This document shows, in pieces, positions 29,999-41,789 of a stretch of DNA of 64,000 nucleotides. Within the stretch, counting starts at the first letter, position 1, and each line of letters begins with the position of its first letter. The notes below the pieces were generated by a model. That model was not told the DNA's origin. It made no database searches and worked only from the letters and a program-made list of their open reading frames with translations. The stretch is taken from assembly GCA_963783385.1 (NCBI GenBank), contig CAWANJ010000001.1:224001-288000 (forward strand), given 5' to 3'. The position numbers and the translations under genes are program-made. This stretch comes from an uncultured Gemmatimonadales bacterium. Lineage in GTDB: Bacteria; Gemmatimonadota; Gemmatimonadetes; Palauibacterales; Palauibacteraceae.

Positions 29999-30027
29999 AT
30001 CATAGAAGTCACTGCCGGGGCTGTCAA
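29999..30027 (-). promoter_or_regulatory. sigma70-type promoter for the tRNA-tuf operon
   Basis: TTGACA (30027-30022), 17-nt spacer, TATGAT (30004-29999), just upstream of tRNA-Thr. Confidence 0.85.
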
Positions 30028-31571
30028 TCCATGGGGTCGCGTTCGCCTTCGGCGGCGGGCGACGATCCGCCGCCGGAGGCCGCCACGCCCGCCGCCGCGC
30101 CCGCCTCGGACCCGGGAAGCTTCCAGCGGGTGCCCGTCGGCGTGTCCTCGAGCACGAAGCCGCGGGCCGTCACCTCGTCGCGGATCGCATCCGCCCGCTC
30201 GAAGTCACCCTCGGAGCGCGCCCGGCGCCGCTCCGCGATCCGTTGTTCGAGCCACCGTTCGGTTTGCCCGGAAACGGTGACCCGCTCGCCTTCCCGCAGC
30301 GAGAGGACGCCGAAGACCGCATCGAAGTCGTCCAGGAATCCCCGGGCCGCCTTGCGACCCGCAGCGCTTCCGCCGCCCGAGTCCAGGATGGCGTTCGCGT
30401 CCCGGACGAACTCGAACACCGCCGCCAGCGCGCCGCTCACGGCCAGGTCGTCGTCCAGGGCCGTCTCGAACGCGGCGCGCGCCCGATCCGCCGCTCGCGC
30501 GAGCGGGTCGGCGGGGGCGTCGCCGGATGCTCCGCCCTCTTCCGGGCCGACGTCCCGATCCGAGGCGACCGCCAGCCTGACGCCCAGCTCCTCGATCCTG
30601 TCCAGGGCCCGGTCCGCTTGCTCGAGCCCCTCGACCGTGAAGTTGAGCTGACTGCGGTAGTGGGCGCTGAGCAGCAGGTAGCGGATCGCCGAGGGTCGAT
30701 GACCGCGCCTCACCAGGTCGAGCACGGTGTAGTAGTTGCCCTCCGACTTGGACATCTTGGCGCCCTCGACGAGCAGGTGGGCAGCGTGGAGCCAGAAGCG
30801 CGCGAAGGTGCGGCCGGTGGCCGCCTCGGACTGCGCGATCTCGTTGGTGTGATGCGGGAAGATGTTGTCCACTCCGCCCGTGTGGATGTCCAGTGTCGGA
30901 CCCTGGTACTCCATCGCCAGGACCGAGCACTCCAGGTGCCAGCCCGGCCGGCCGGGCCCCCAGGGCGAGTCCCAAATGGCGACATCACCCTCCTCGGCCC
31001 GCTCACCCCCCTTCCACAGCACGAAGTCGCGAGGGTCGTCCTTGGAGTATTCCTCGTCGCCCCTGGCCCGCCCCGCGCTGCGGAGCGATTCCGGGTCGAG
31101 CCGCGCCAGCCTGCCGTATTCCGGGAAGCGGTCGATGGCGAAGTACACCGAACCGTCCGCCTCGTAGCAGTAGCCCTTCTCCTCGAGCGTCTCCACCAGC
31201 TCGATCATCTCCGCCACGTGCTCGGTCGCCCGCGGATAGTGCTCGGCCCGCTCGAGGCCCAGCGTGTCCCAGTCCTCGAAGAAGCCCGCGATGACGGGCT
31301 CGGTCACCTCCTCGAGCGTCACCCCCCGCTCCACGGCGGCGTGGATCGTCTTGTCGTCCACGTCGGTGAGATTCATGACCTGGGTCACGCGCCACCCCTT
31401 CCACTCCAGGTAGCGCCGGAGCAGGTCCTCCCAGGTGAACGTCCGGAAGTTGCCGATGTGGGCCCGGTCGTAGACCGTGGGGCCGCACGTGTACATGCGC
31501 ACGTGGCTCGGGTCGGCCGGTTCGAACGCTCGCGGCGAGCGGCTGAGCGTATCGTACAGGCGTAGCGTCAT
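30024..31571 (-). CDS. cysS: cysteine--tRNA ligase
   Basis: MYTCGPTVY, HIGN, GRPGWHLECS and KMSKS. Confidence 0.97.
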   Translation of the reverse strand: MTLRLYDTLSRSPRAFEPADPSHVRMYTCGPTVYDRAHIGNFRTFTWEDLLRRYLEWKGWRVTQVMNLTDVDDKTIHAAVERGVTLEEVTEPVIAGFFEDWDTLGLERAEHYPRATEHVAEMIELVETLEEKGYCYEADGSVYFAIDRFPEYGRLARLDPESLRSAGRARGDEEYSKDDPRDFVLWKGGERAEEGDVAIWDSPWGPGRPGWHLECSVLAMEYQGPTLDIHTGGVDNIFPHHTNEIAQSEAATGRTFARFWLHAAHLLVEGAKMSKSEGNYYTVLDLVRRGHRPSAIRYLLLSAHYRSQLNFTVEGLEQADRALDRIEELGVRLAVASDRDVGPEEGGASGDAPADPLARAADRARAAFETALDDDLAVSGALAAVFEFVRDANAILDSGGGSAAGRKAARGFLDDFDAVFGVLSLREGERVTVSGQTERWLEQRIAERRRARSEGDFERADAIRDEVTARGFVLEDTPTGTRWKLPGSEAGAAAGVAASGGGSSPAAEGERDPMD

Positions 31572-32512
31572 GCGCTCCCTCCGGCGGCACCGGGATCCGG
31601 GGCGCCGACCGCGGCGGACGGTCCCTGGCCCCGGCCCCAATACAGCGTCCGGTGCGGGAACGGGATCTCGATGCCTTCCTCGTCGAATCGGTTCTTGATG
31701 CGGCGGCGGAGCTCGCGCGCCACCTCCCACTGCTTCAGGGGGAGCGTCTTGGCCATGAAGCGGATCACGACCGCGCTGTCCTCGAACCGCTCCACTCCGG
31801 GGACGACCGGCTCCTCCACCAGGCGCGGACGCCAGGCGTCATCCTTCCACAGCTCCCGGCCCAGGTCGGCCAGCACCCGCATGACCCGGTCCACGTCCTC
31901 GCCGTAGGCCACGCCGATCTCGAGCACCGCCCGCGACCAGCCCTTGGTGAGATTGCTGACCTGGTGGATCTCGCCGTGGGGGATCGTGTGAAGCACTCCT
32001 TGCACGTCCCGCAGCACGACCACCCGCATCGTGACCCGCTCCACCTGTCCCGCGGTGCTCTCGTTGATCCGGATGACGTCGCCGATCTGGTACTGACCCT
32101 CGACCAGCATGAAGAAGCCGCCGATGAGATCCTTGACCAGCGCCTGGGCCCCGAACGAGAGCGCCAGGCCGAGCACTCCGACGGCCGCCGTGAGGGGGCC
32201 GGTGGCGTTGGGGACGAACACCGATAGGATGGTGACGCCGGCCACAAGCGACAGCGCCACCGTACTGGCGTTGCGGACGATCTGGGCGAGGGTCCTGCCG
32301 CGCTGTTCGCGCGCCGAGAGGCCTCCCGTGCCGCTGGCCACCACCGAGCGCTCGAGCCGGCGGGTCACGACGACGACGCCCCGATAGACGATCCAGGCCG
32401 CCAGGAGGACCAGCGCGACCTTGAGCAGACGGTCTCCCCAATCCGACGCGAGGGGCGGGAAGGCCAGACCCGCCAGGTCGGGGAGCGTTCGGGCGCCGGG
32501 CGCCGGCGTCAT
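31568..32512 (-). CDS. MscS-family mechanosensitive channel (YbiO-like)
   Basis: TM helices, LALSFGAQALVKDLIGG, GDVIRI...GQVE and GIEIPFP. Confidence 0.9.
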   Translation of the reverse strand: MTPAPGARTLPDLAGLAFPPLASDWGDRLLKVALVLLAAWIVYRGVVVVTRRLERSVVASGTGGLSAREQRGRTLAQIVRNASTVALSLVAGVTILSVFVPNATGPLTAAVGVLGLALSFGAQALVKDLIGGFFMLVEGQYQIGDVIRINESTAGQVERVTMRVVVLRDVQGVLHTIPHGEIHQVSNLTKGWSRAVLEIGVAYGEDVDRVMRVLADLGRELWKDDAWRPRLVEEPVVPGVERFEDSAVVIRFMAKTLPLKQWEVARELRRRIKNRFDEEGIEIPFPHRTLYWGRGQGPSAAVGAPDPGAAGGSA

Positions 32513-33351
32513 CCCCGCGCCTCCCCCGGCCCGGTCCGCGCGGAAGGTCCGCGCGCCGTGTCGGGGGAGGCCGAAGTGTCTATCGGGAGCGGCCGGGGCG
32601 CCGCGGCGGCCGCCGAATCAGCCGCCGCGGCGGAGTCCGCCGCCGCCACGGAATCGGCGGCCAGTCCCGCGAGGGCCGTCTTCCTCCAGCTCCGGTAGGC
32701 CTGCAGGCGTTCCGCGTGGGCCTTCTCCCAGCCGTCAGCGCAGCCCACCAGCTCGGCATCCCCGAGGTCCACCAGCATCGCCGGGAGATGACCCTCGGCG
32801 CGGGCGAGCACGATCGCGTCCACCGGCGGGAACGGGGGACCGCCATACAACGTCCGGGACACGATCCATCCATCCAGGAACGAGGACGCCCGCGCCACCT
32901 CGCGGCTCACGACCCGATCGCAGTCGGTGGCCGGCCCCTCGTGCCGCACCGACTGCATTTTGTTGACCGCATAGTTCGCGTAGGCGCGGGCCATCTCCCG
33001 CAGGTTGGAAGGAGTGGCGACGGTGACGGCCGAATCGCTGCGCAGGCGGACCGCGATCCACGGGTAGGCGGGTGCCGGCCGCGCAACCGTCGCGACCGGT
33101 CCCGTGCCGGTGTAGTACACGACGTGCGGGTCCCTCTCCAGCAGGTCCTGGAGACGGCGCGCGTCCGTCATCCACTGCCGGAGGGTGTCGAGCGGGAAGG
33201 TCAGCGTGTCACCGGAGGGCAGGCCGATGGCGCGCCGCTCCTGTCCCGCGACCGGCGCGGCCAAAAGCGCCAGGAGCAGGACCGCGCCCGCGACTTCGAA
33301 GACGCCTCGCAGCCTGGGAGGGCGGACCGCGCCCGGTTCCGAGGCGCTCAA
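32509..33351 (-). CDS. hypothetical exported protein with C-terminal AADS repeats
   Basis: Signal-peptide-like VLLLALLAAPVAGQ; TTG start overlaps the upstream stop and its stop overlaps the MscS ATG. Confidence 0.65.
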   Translation of the reverse strand: MSASEPGAVRPPRLRGVFEVAGAVLLLALLAAPVAGQERRAIGLPSGDTLTFPLDTLRQWMTDARRLQDLLERDPHVVYYTGTGPVATVARPAPAYPWIAVRLRSDSAVTVATPSNLREMARAYANYAVNKMQSVRHEGPATDCDRVVSREVARASSFLDGWIVSRTLYGGPPFPPVDAIVLARAEGHLPAMLVDLGDAELVGCADGWEKAHAERLQAYRSWRKTALAGLAADSVAAADSAAAADSAAAAAPRPLPIDTSASPDTARGPSARTGPGEARG

Positions 33352-33818
33352 ACCCGGCCGGGGCTCCGGCTCTGGCCGGGCAGATCCTCGTCGTCCGGTC
33401 GGTCCAGGAGGCCGGCGAAGCGAAGTACGTCGTCGCCGGCATGCCCCAGGAGCTCCTGCTCGCGAGCCAGCACCCGCTCGGAGATCTCGGCCACGGAGGT
33501 CTCCCCCGTCCATCCCTCTTCGACAACGTCCCATCCGAGCTCCTCGGCGATCCGGTGTGCCACGTAGGCACAGCAGAAGATGTCGTCGAGATAGCCGTAG
33601 GCCCCGACCTTCTCCTCCGGGATCACGTCGTTGGGGCTCACCAGGTAGGCGAGCGCCGCGTCCACCAGCAGCCGATGCTGACGCGTGAGGCGCGGGTCGT
33701 TGAGCAGGTGGAACATGAGGATCGCGTACGCGGGTGCCAGGAGCACGACATCCCGCAGGGTGCCGGCATAGCGCGACACCTGGTCCTTCAAGATCTGGAG
33801 ATAACCCTGCATCATCAT
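33348..33818 (-). CDS. DUF1232/YkvA-family membrane protein
   Basis: AALAYLVSPNDVIPE...GAYGYLDDI motif; start uncertain. Confidence 0.85.
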   Translation of the reverse strand: MMMQGYLQILKDQVSRYAGTLRDVVLLAPAYAILMFHLLNDPRLTRQHRLLVDAALAYLVSPNDVIPEEKVGAYGYLDDIFCCAYVAHRIAEELGWDVVEEGWTGETSVAEISERVLAREQELLGHAGDDVLRFAGLLDRPDDEDLPGQSRSPGRV

Positions 33819-33954
33819 CGCGCTCGGGTCTCCCGATTCCGGGGGTGTGCTGCGGCCCTCGTCCCCCCCGCCTTCGTCCCCATGACCCACCGTCCCGTCT
33901 CCTGCTTGGATTGAACACCCGAACCCGCCCGGCGGTCCCCCGGGCTCGAGGGCG

Positions 33955-35811
<1,857 letters not shown>

Positions 35812-35881
35812 ACCAGTACCAGCTCCCGGAGCGGTCGTGGTCGATCGAACTCCGTGGGCGATCGATCGACGTCCATGTTTG

Positions 35882-37288
35882 CTACCCCGCCGCCGGTGAG
35901 GGATCCCCCGGGATCTCGGCGACGCGCGCGAGGGCCCAGGCAGCCAGGTCGTCCGCCTCGTCGGTGGTGCGCGCCTCCGCTATGACCCTGAGGATGGGCT
36001 CGGTCCCCGACGGACGAACGTGGACCCACCGGCCCTTCTCCGGCCAGTCCAGGCGAAGCCCGTCCTGCCGGTCCTCGCTCGCGCCCGGCGGCGCGTCCGC
36101 GAGCAGGGCCCTGTACAGCGCCTCCGGGCTCCCGTCGGGCCGCGCCGTCCGCCGCTTGACGATCGCGTAGTGGGGGCGGTGGGCCAGCCACCCCTCCAGG
36201 GACACCCCTTCGGCGGCCAGGAGCCCCAGCACCAGACACGCCGCAAGTGGCGCGTCCCGAGTGAGATGGAGGGCCGGGAGCATGACCCCGCCGTTGCCCT
36301 CGCCGCCGACCACGGCTCCGGTCTCCCGCATCCGCCGCGCCACGTTGGCCTCGCCGACCGCAGCCAGGTGGACGGGCTGGCCCGCCCGGCGCGCGGCGTC
36401 CGAGATCACCCGGCTGGATGAGAGGTTCGTGACCACGGGCCCGGGCGTCTTCGAAAGCACGTATTCCACCGCCAGAGCCAGGGTCCAGTCCTCGCCGACC
36501 GGCGTGCCCTCTCCATCCACCAGGGCGAGGCGGTCGACGTCGGGGTCCACGGCCAGGCCCAGGTCCGCGCCCGTCTCCCGAACACGCCGGGAGAGCTCTC
36601 CGAGGTTCTCGGGGACCGGCTCCGGGGGTCTGGGGAAGCGGCCGTCCGGCTCCAGGTCGAGGCCCTCCACCCGGCATCCGAGCCGGTCGAGCAGGAGCGA
36701 CATGATCGGTCCTCCCGCCCCTCGCACGCTGTCCAGGGCCACGACGAAACTCGCCGCCGCGATGGCCTCCCGGTCGACGATGGGAAGCGCCAGGATGCGC
36801 TCCACGTGGTGCTCCACGGCGCCTTCCCGCTCCGCGCGCCCACCGAGCCCGTCCCACGCCGCGTGGTCGGGACCCTCAGAGTACAGCGCCTGGACGCGCC
36901 GACCGTCCTCCACGGACACGAACTCGCCCCCGGAGCTGGCCAGCTTGAGGCCGTTCCATTGCACGGGATTGTGGGAGGCGGTGACGATCACTCCGCCCGC
37001 GGCGCGGTCGTCATCCTGCACGGCGAGGAGAGCCGTCGGCGTGGGTGCGAGCCCCACGTCCACCACCGGCCACCCCGTGCTGCGCACCCCGGCCGCCACC
37101 GCATCGACCAGGAGCGGCCCCGAGGTTCGGCTGTCCCGGGCCAGGATCACGTGGCCTCCCGCATCCCCGCGGACGGAGGTGAGGAAGGTCCCGTAGGCCG
37201 CGCCGTAGCGCGCGGCGACCTCGGGCGTGAGCCCGTCTCCGACCACCCCGCGTATGCCGGAGGCGGAGACAATGAGAGGCTCTTGCAT
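35882..37288 (-). CDS. glmM: phosphoglucosamine mutase / alpha-D-phosphohexomutase
   Basis: SGIRG, TASHNP, DPDVDR, GEGNGG and RPSGTEP; adjacent to glmS. Confidence 0.85.
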   Translation of the reverse strand: MQEPLIVSASGIRGVVGDGLTPEVAARYGAAYGTFLTSVRGDAGGHVILARDSRTSGPLLVDAVAAGVRSTGWPVVDVGLAPTPTALLAVQDDDRAAGGVIVTASHNPVQWNGLKLASSGGEFVSVEDGRRVQALYSEGPDHAAWDGLGGRAEREGAVEHHVERILALPIVDREAIAAASFVVALDSVRGAGGPIMSLLLDRLGCRVEGLDLEPDGRFPRPPEPVPENLGELSRRVRETGADLGLAVDPDVDRLALVDGEGTPVGEDWTLALAVEYVLSKTPGPVVTNLSSSRVISDAARRAGQPVHLAAVGEANVARRMRETGAVVGGEGNGGVMLPALHLTRDAPLAACLVLGLLAAEGVSLEGWLAHRPHYAIVKRRTARPDGSPEALYRALLADAPPGASEDRQDGLRLDWPEKGRWVHVRPSGTEPILRVIAEARTTDEADDLAAWALARVAEIPGDPSPAAG

Positions 37289-37348
37289 GGATCGGAATCT
37301 GTGTGGGGGGATCGGAGGCGCCCGGTCGCCGGGCCGACTGCGCCCACG

Positions 37349-37378
37349 ACAGTAGGGGATTTCTCGCGGCTCCGTCAA
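37349..37378 (-). promoter_or_regulatory. candidate sigma70 promoter for glmM-glmS
   Basis: TTGACG, 18-nt spacer, TACTGT. Confidence 0.5.
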
Positions 37379-37905
37379 CCTCCGGCGGCCGGCCCGGGGG
37401 ACCGGCGGCGCGGTCGCGTCCTCGTGCCCCCGCTCCCGGGCGGCGGGCGGCCGCCGGAGGCCGGCGCGTCCGACGCGCCGTCGTCACGGCCCGGAGGGCG
37501 TTCGGCCCTGAGACGCCGCACGAGGCGATGCACCTGCGCCGGGCCCACCGTCGAGGCGGCGAAGCCGCGACCCCAGCGCGCCGGACAACGCCAGTGCCGG
37601 AGGGCCGCGACGCTGGCGCGCTTCAGGCGGCGCGCCACGTCGGTCAGGGCCTGACCCGGTCCGAAGCGGAGGAGGAGCTGCACGCGATCGGCCGACACCC
37701 GCACCTCGACCGGCTCCACGTTCAGCCGGATGCAGAGCGCGATCAGCTCGCGCTCGAGCGCCCGCGCGTGGCGGTCTCCAAGCAGGGGGAGGCCTCCGAG
37801 CGTGGGCCAGGCGAGCTGGGCGTAGAGCCTGTGGGCGGCGGGAGTCCGCCGCCCACGGAGCCCGCCCCGGCCCTCCGCCCCACCCTCCCCGACCCGCTTC
37901 GGCAT
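37375..37905 (-). CDS. IS200/IS605 TnpA (Y1 transposase)-like protein with catalytic residues lost
   Basis: HRLYAQLAWPT, ADRVQLLL (DHVH position), VARRLKRAS and WGRGFAASTVG follow the Y1_Tnp pattern. Confidence 0.7.
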   Translation of the reverse strand: MPKRVGEGGAEGRGGLRGRRTPAAHRLYAQLAWPTLGGLPLLGDRHARALERELIALCIRLNVEPVEVRVSADRVQLLLRFGPGQALTDVARRLKRASVAALRHWRCPARWGRGFAASTVGPAQVHRLVRRLRAERPPGRDDGASDAPASGGRPPPGSGGTRTRPRRRSPGPAAGG

Positions 37906-38136
37906 GGCGGAGCGTCCGGCCGGGCGTCAACGGCCGCTCATGCGTGCGGTCACCGCCCCGTGGCCGCGGCGGTCCGGCGGCCCGCCACGCCGGCCGGGGC
38001 CACCGCGCCCGGCGGCTCGCGGCCCACCGCGACTCCCTGCTAGCTTGCGCGTGCGCCCGCAGCGTGGCCTTCCGGCCGATGGCCGGTCGAGCACCGCCGC
38101 CGCATCCGATCATCATCATCACGGCATGGGGGACGC

Positions 38137-39306
38137 ATGACGACACGATCGAGCGACGGGTTCGGAACGCGCGCCGTGCACGCCGGGCAGGAGCCGGCGC
38201 CCGGTTCGGGCGCGATCATGACACCCATCTACCAGACGTCGACCTACGTCCAGGAAGCCGTGGGCAGGCCCCGCGGCGGGTACGAGTACGCGAGGGTCAC
38301 GAATCCCACGCGCTCGGCGCTCGAGGCCAACCTGGCGTCCCTGGAGGGAGGGTCGTTCGGCGCCGCGTTCGCCTCCGGGCTGGCGGCCATCGAGGCCGTG
38401 GTCAAGACGACGCTGAGCGCCGGGGACCACGTGGTGTGCGGAGCCAACGTGTACGGCGGGACCGAGCGCATGTTCAGGACGGTGTGGTCGCGGTTCGGGG
38501 TCGAGTTCACCTTCGTGGACAGCTCCGACCTGGACGCGGTGCGCGCGGCGGTCACGCCCGGCACGCGACTCGTCCACGTCGAGACGCCCACCAACCCCAC
38601 AATGGCGCTGTGCGACCTGGCGGCGTGCGCGGACATCGCGCACGAGGCGGGAGCCCTCCTCTCCGTGGACAACACCTTCGCCACGCCCTTCCTGCAGCGT
38701 CCGCTCGAGTCGGGAGCCGACCTCGTCGTCCACTCGACCACCAAGTACCTGAACGGACACAGCGACGTGATCGGGGGCGCCGTGGTGACCGACTCCGAGG
38801 AGATCTCCGAGGGGCTCTACTACCAGCAGAAGTCCACGGGCGGCGTGCCGGGGCCGATGGACTGCTGGCTCGTGCTCCGCGGGACCAAGACGCTGCACGT
38901 GCGCATGAAGGCCCACTGCGCCAACGGGCGTCGGGTGGCGGAATACCTGGCCGGACACCCGGCCATCTCGACCGTCCACTATCCGGGCCTCGCCACCCAC
39001 CCGCAGCACGAGCTGGCGAAGCGCCAGATGCGCGACTTCGGCGGCATGCTGAGCGTGGAGACGGGGTCGGCCGAGCGTGCCAACGCCCTGGTGGGCGCCA
39101 CGCGGCTGTTCGCGCTGGCCGAGAGCCTGGGCGGGGTCGAGAGCCTGATCAGCGTGCCGGCCTCCATGACCCATGCGTCCGTGCCCGAGGAGCGCCGCCG
39201 GGAGATCGGCGTCACGCCGGGCCTCGTGCGTCTGTCGGTCGGCATCGAAGACCCCGAGGACCTGATCGCCGACCTGGAGGAGGCGCTCTCCGTCCTGGAG
39301 GCGTAG
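38137..39306 (+). CDS. cystathionine gamma-lyase/synthase (Cys/Met metabolism PLP enzyme)
   Basis: [30 protein letters not shown] and [10 protein letters not shown]. Confidence 0.95.
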   Translation: MTTRSSDGFGTRAVHAGQEPAPGSGAIMTPIYQTSTYVQEAVGRPRGGYEYARVTNPTRSALEANLASLEGGSFGAAFASGLAAIEAVVKTTLSAGDHVVCGANVYGGTERMFRTVWSRFGVEFTFVDSSDLDAVRAAVTPGTRLVHVETPTNPTMALCDLAACADIAHEAGALLSVDNTFATPFLQRPLESGADLVVHSTTKYLNGHSDVIGGAVVTDSEEISEGLYYQQKSTGGVPGPMDCWLVLRGTKTLHVRMKAHCANGRRVAEYLAGHPAISTVHYPGLATHPQHELAKRQMRDFGGMLSVETGSAERANALVGATRLFALAESLGGVESLISVPASMTHASVPEERRREIGVTPGLVRLSVGIEDPEDLIADLEEALSVLEA

Positions 39307-39312
39307 CCGCCC

Positions 39313-39339
39313 CGAAACCGCGGTCCGGCGGGACCCGTA
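39313..39339 (+). promoter_or_regulatory. putative ECF sigma promoter upstream of the M48 peptidase
   Basis: CGAAAC-N17-CGTA, shared with the sites at 42637 and 43344. Confidence 0.65.
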
Positions 39340-39383
39340 GGTCTGGACGAGGGCCAGCCGATCCCGATACGGAGAGGAACACC

Positions 39384-40382
39384 ATGGACGAGCTCCAGAA
39401 GTCGGACCGACGCATCCTGACCGACATCAGTCCGCGTGCCTGGGAGCACCCGGCCGACCGGGCCGCGCTCAACGCGCTGCGCAAGCTCCCCGGGTTCGAC
39501 CTGGCCCTGAGGAAGGTGTTCGGCCTGTTCGGCGAGCGGCAGCTCCGCCTGGCCTTCCAGGCCAACGCCGTGCGGGTCTCGGAGCGCCAGTACGCCGACC
39601 TGCACGAGCAGCTCCTCCGCGTCTGCCGCACCCTCGACGTAGACACGCCGCCCGAGCTGTACGTGTCCCAGACACCTGTGGTGAACGCGGGCGCTCTCGG
39701 GATGAACGATCCCTTCATCGTGCTGAACTCATCGATCCTCGAGGTGCTCGCGCCCGACGAGGTCGAGACCATCATCGGCCACGAGGTCGGCCACATCGTC
39801 AGCGGCCACGTGCTGTATCGGACGCTCCTCGTCCTCCTGCTCCGGCTGTCCCTGTTTCGGTATCCGATCGCCGGCCTGGTGGCCCGGCCCGTCCTCTACG
39901 CGCTGCTGGAGTGGTACCGGAAGAGCGAGCTGTCCTCCGATCGCGCCGGCCTCCTGGCGGTCCAGGACCCGGACGCCTCCATGCGGGGGCTCATGCACCT
40001 GGCCGGCGGTTCCCGCGGACGCACGCTCGACCTGGACGCCTTCCTGGAGCAGTCGGAGGCCTATCGGAGCGAGGGCGGGTTGCTGGACTCCGTATACAAG
40101 GTGCTCAACATCCTGGGGGCCACCCACCCGTTCGCGGTCGTGCGGGTCGCCGAGCTGCGGGAGTGGATCGACAGCGGAGCGTACGAGCGCATCCTGTCGG
40201 GCGACTATCCGCACCGGGACGAGGCGGACGAGCGCGCGTACCGGGACGACCTCGCCGAGGCGATGACGGGCTACCGGGAGTCGGCCCGCGACTTCATGGA
40301 CCAGGTCGACGCGGCCGTCGATACGGTCCGCTCCCGGTTCATGGACGCCTGGCGAGGAGAGCCACCGACGGACGGCAGCTAG
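39384..40382 (+). CDS. M48-family zinc metallopeptidase
   Basis: WEHPAD, PVVNAG, HEVGH (HExxH), ELSSDRAG and THP. Confidence 0.92.
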   Translation: MDELQKSDRRILTDISPRAWEHPADRAALNALRKLPGFDLALRKVFGLFGERQLRLAFQANAVRVSERQYADLHEQLLRVCRTLDVDTPPELYVSQTPVVNAGALGMNDPFIVLNSSILEVLAPDEVETIIGHEVGHIVSGHVLYRTLLVLLLRLSLFRYPIAGLVARPVLYALLEWYRKSELSSDRAGLLAVQDPDASMRGLMHLAGGSRGRTLDLDAFLEQSEAYRSEGGLLDSVYKVLNILGATHPFAVVRVAELREWIDSGAYERILSGDYPHRDEADERAYRDDLAEAMTGYRESARDFMDQVDAAVDTVRSRFMDAWRGEPPTDGS

Positions 40383-40513
40383 GCGCTCCCCGCCCGGTTG
40401 CGAGGGCCGCCGGATACCTCCATCATCGCCGCGGGCGCGTCGCTCCGGGACGGCGCGCCCCGCGTTCGCTTCCCGGCCCTTCTGATTCCGACGCTGGGCG
40501 AGGATCCGAGACG

Positions 40514-41785
40514 ATGAGGCTCCTGGTGGTGGGCGGCGGCGGCCGCGAGCACGCGCTGACCGACAAGCTCCGCCGGGATGCGCCCGATGCCGACATCCTG
40601 GTGGCGCCCGGCAACCCCGGCACGGCGCGCATGGCGGAGAACGTGCCCGTCCGTGCGAACGACGTGGACGGGCTCGAGAGGCTGGCCCGGGACCGCGACG
40701 TTCACCTCACCATCGTCGGCCCGGAGGCCCCGCTGGCGGCCGGCATCGCCGACCGCTTCGCCGCCGCCGGCCTGGCCCTGTTCGGACCCACGGCCGCCGC
40801 GGCGCGCATCGAGGCCTCCAAGGCATTCGCCAAGCGGCTCATGCGGGACGCCTCCATCCCCACCGCCTCCTTCCGGACTTTCGAGGACGCCGACGCCGCC
40901 CGCGCCTACCTCGACGCGCACGGGGCGCCGGTGGTCGTCAAGGCCTCGGGACTCGCGGGGGGCAAGGGCGCGTTCGTGTGCGCCACCCTGGAGGAGGCGC
41001 GTGCCGCCCTGGACCAGATCATGGTCGGCGGGCGATTCGGCGACGCCGGCGAGACCGTGGTGATCGAGGAGTTCATGGAGGGCGAGGAGCTCTCCGTGTT
41101 CTTCCTGTGCGACGGTGAACGCGCGGTCCCCCTGGCGCCGTCCCGGGACCACAAGCGTCTCGAGGAGGGGGGAGGTGGTCCCAACACGGGCGGGATGGGC
41201 GCCTACGCGCCCGTGGCGGACGGCACCCCGGAGCTCGTCGAGGCCGTGCGGCGCACCATCGCCCTCCCGGCGCTGGCCGCCCTTCGCGAGGCCGGGGCTC
41301 CCTACCGCGGCTTCCTGTACGCGGGGCTCATGCTCACCCGGGAGGGACCGCGGGTGGTGGAGTTCAACTGCCGACTCGGCGACCCCGAGGCCCAGGTGGT
41401 CCTCCCTCTCACCGGCTCCAGCCTGATGGAGCCCATGCTGGCCGTGGCCCGGGGCGAGGGGATCGGCGACTGGGCCCCGGCAACCCGCGAGGGCGCGGCG
41501 CTGACGACGGTCCTCGCCAGCCGCGGTTATCCGCTGTCGTACCCCACCGGTCTCCCGATCACCCTTCCCGGGGGGCTGGAGGGCGACGACCTCAGGATCT
41601 ACCACGCCGGCACCGCCACGCGCGAGGGCCGCCTGGTCACCGCCGGCGGGCGCGTGCTGGCCGTGACCGGGCTCGGCGCGACGCTGCGCGAGGCGGCGGA
41701 GCGCAGCCGGGAGGCGGCGGAGCGCATCGAGTTCGAGGGCAAGACCTGGCGACGGGACATCGGGCGGACCGAGTGGGGCGACTGA
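40514..41785 (+). CDS. purD: phosphoribosylamine--glycine ligase
   Basis: VVGGGGREHAL, GPEAPL, GPNTGGMGAY and EFNCRLGDPE. Confidence 0.98.
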   Translation: MRLLVVGGGGREHALTDKLRRDAPDADILVAPGNPGTARMAENVPVRANDVDGLERLARDRDVHLTIVGPEAPLAAGIADRFAAAGLALFGPTAAAARIEASKAFAKRLMRDASIPTASFRTFEDADAARAYLDAHGAPVVVKASGLAGGKGAFVCATLEEARAALDQIMVGGRFGDAGETVVIEEFMEGEELSVFFLCDGERAVPLAPSRDHKRLEEGGGGPNTGGMGAYAPVADGTPELVEAVRRTIALPALAALREAGAPYRGFLYAGLMLTREGPRVVEFNCRLGDPEAQVVLPLTGSSLMEPMLAVARGEGIGDWAPATREGAALTTVLASRGYPLSYPTGLPITLPGGLEGDDLRIYHAGTATREGRLVTAGGRVLAVTGLGATLREAAERSREAAERIEFEGKTWRRDIGRTEWGD

Positions 41786-41789
41786 GCGC

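Noticed and set aside
35812-35881. Possible glmS ribozyme upstream of glmS
   Set aside because: The gap is only 70 nt and has no recognisable ribozyme core.
37375-37905. Active IS200/IS605 element
   Set aside because: The HUH motif and catalytic Tyr are missing, there is no tnpB and no clear pair of ends; reported as an inactive homologue instead.
37906-38136. Possible SAM riboswitch or T-box ahead of the cystathionine lyase; short ATC repeat near 38110
   Set aside because: No SAM-I or T-box consensus visible; the short repeat is compatible with chance.
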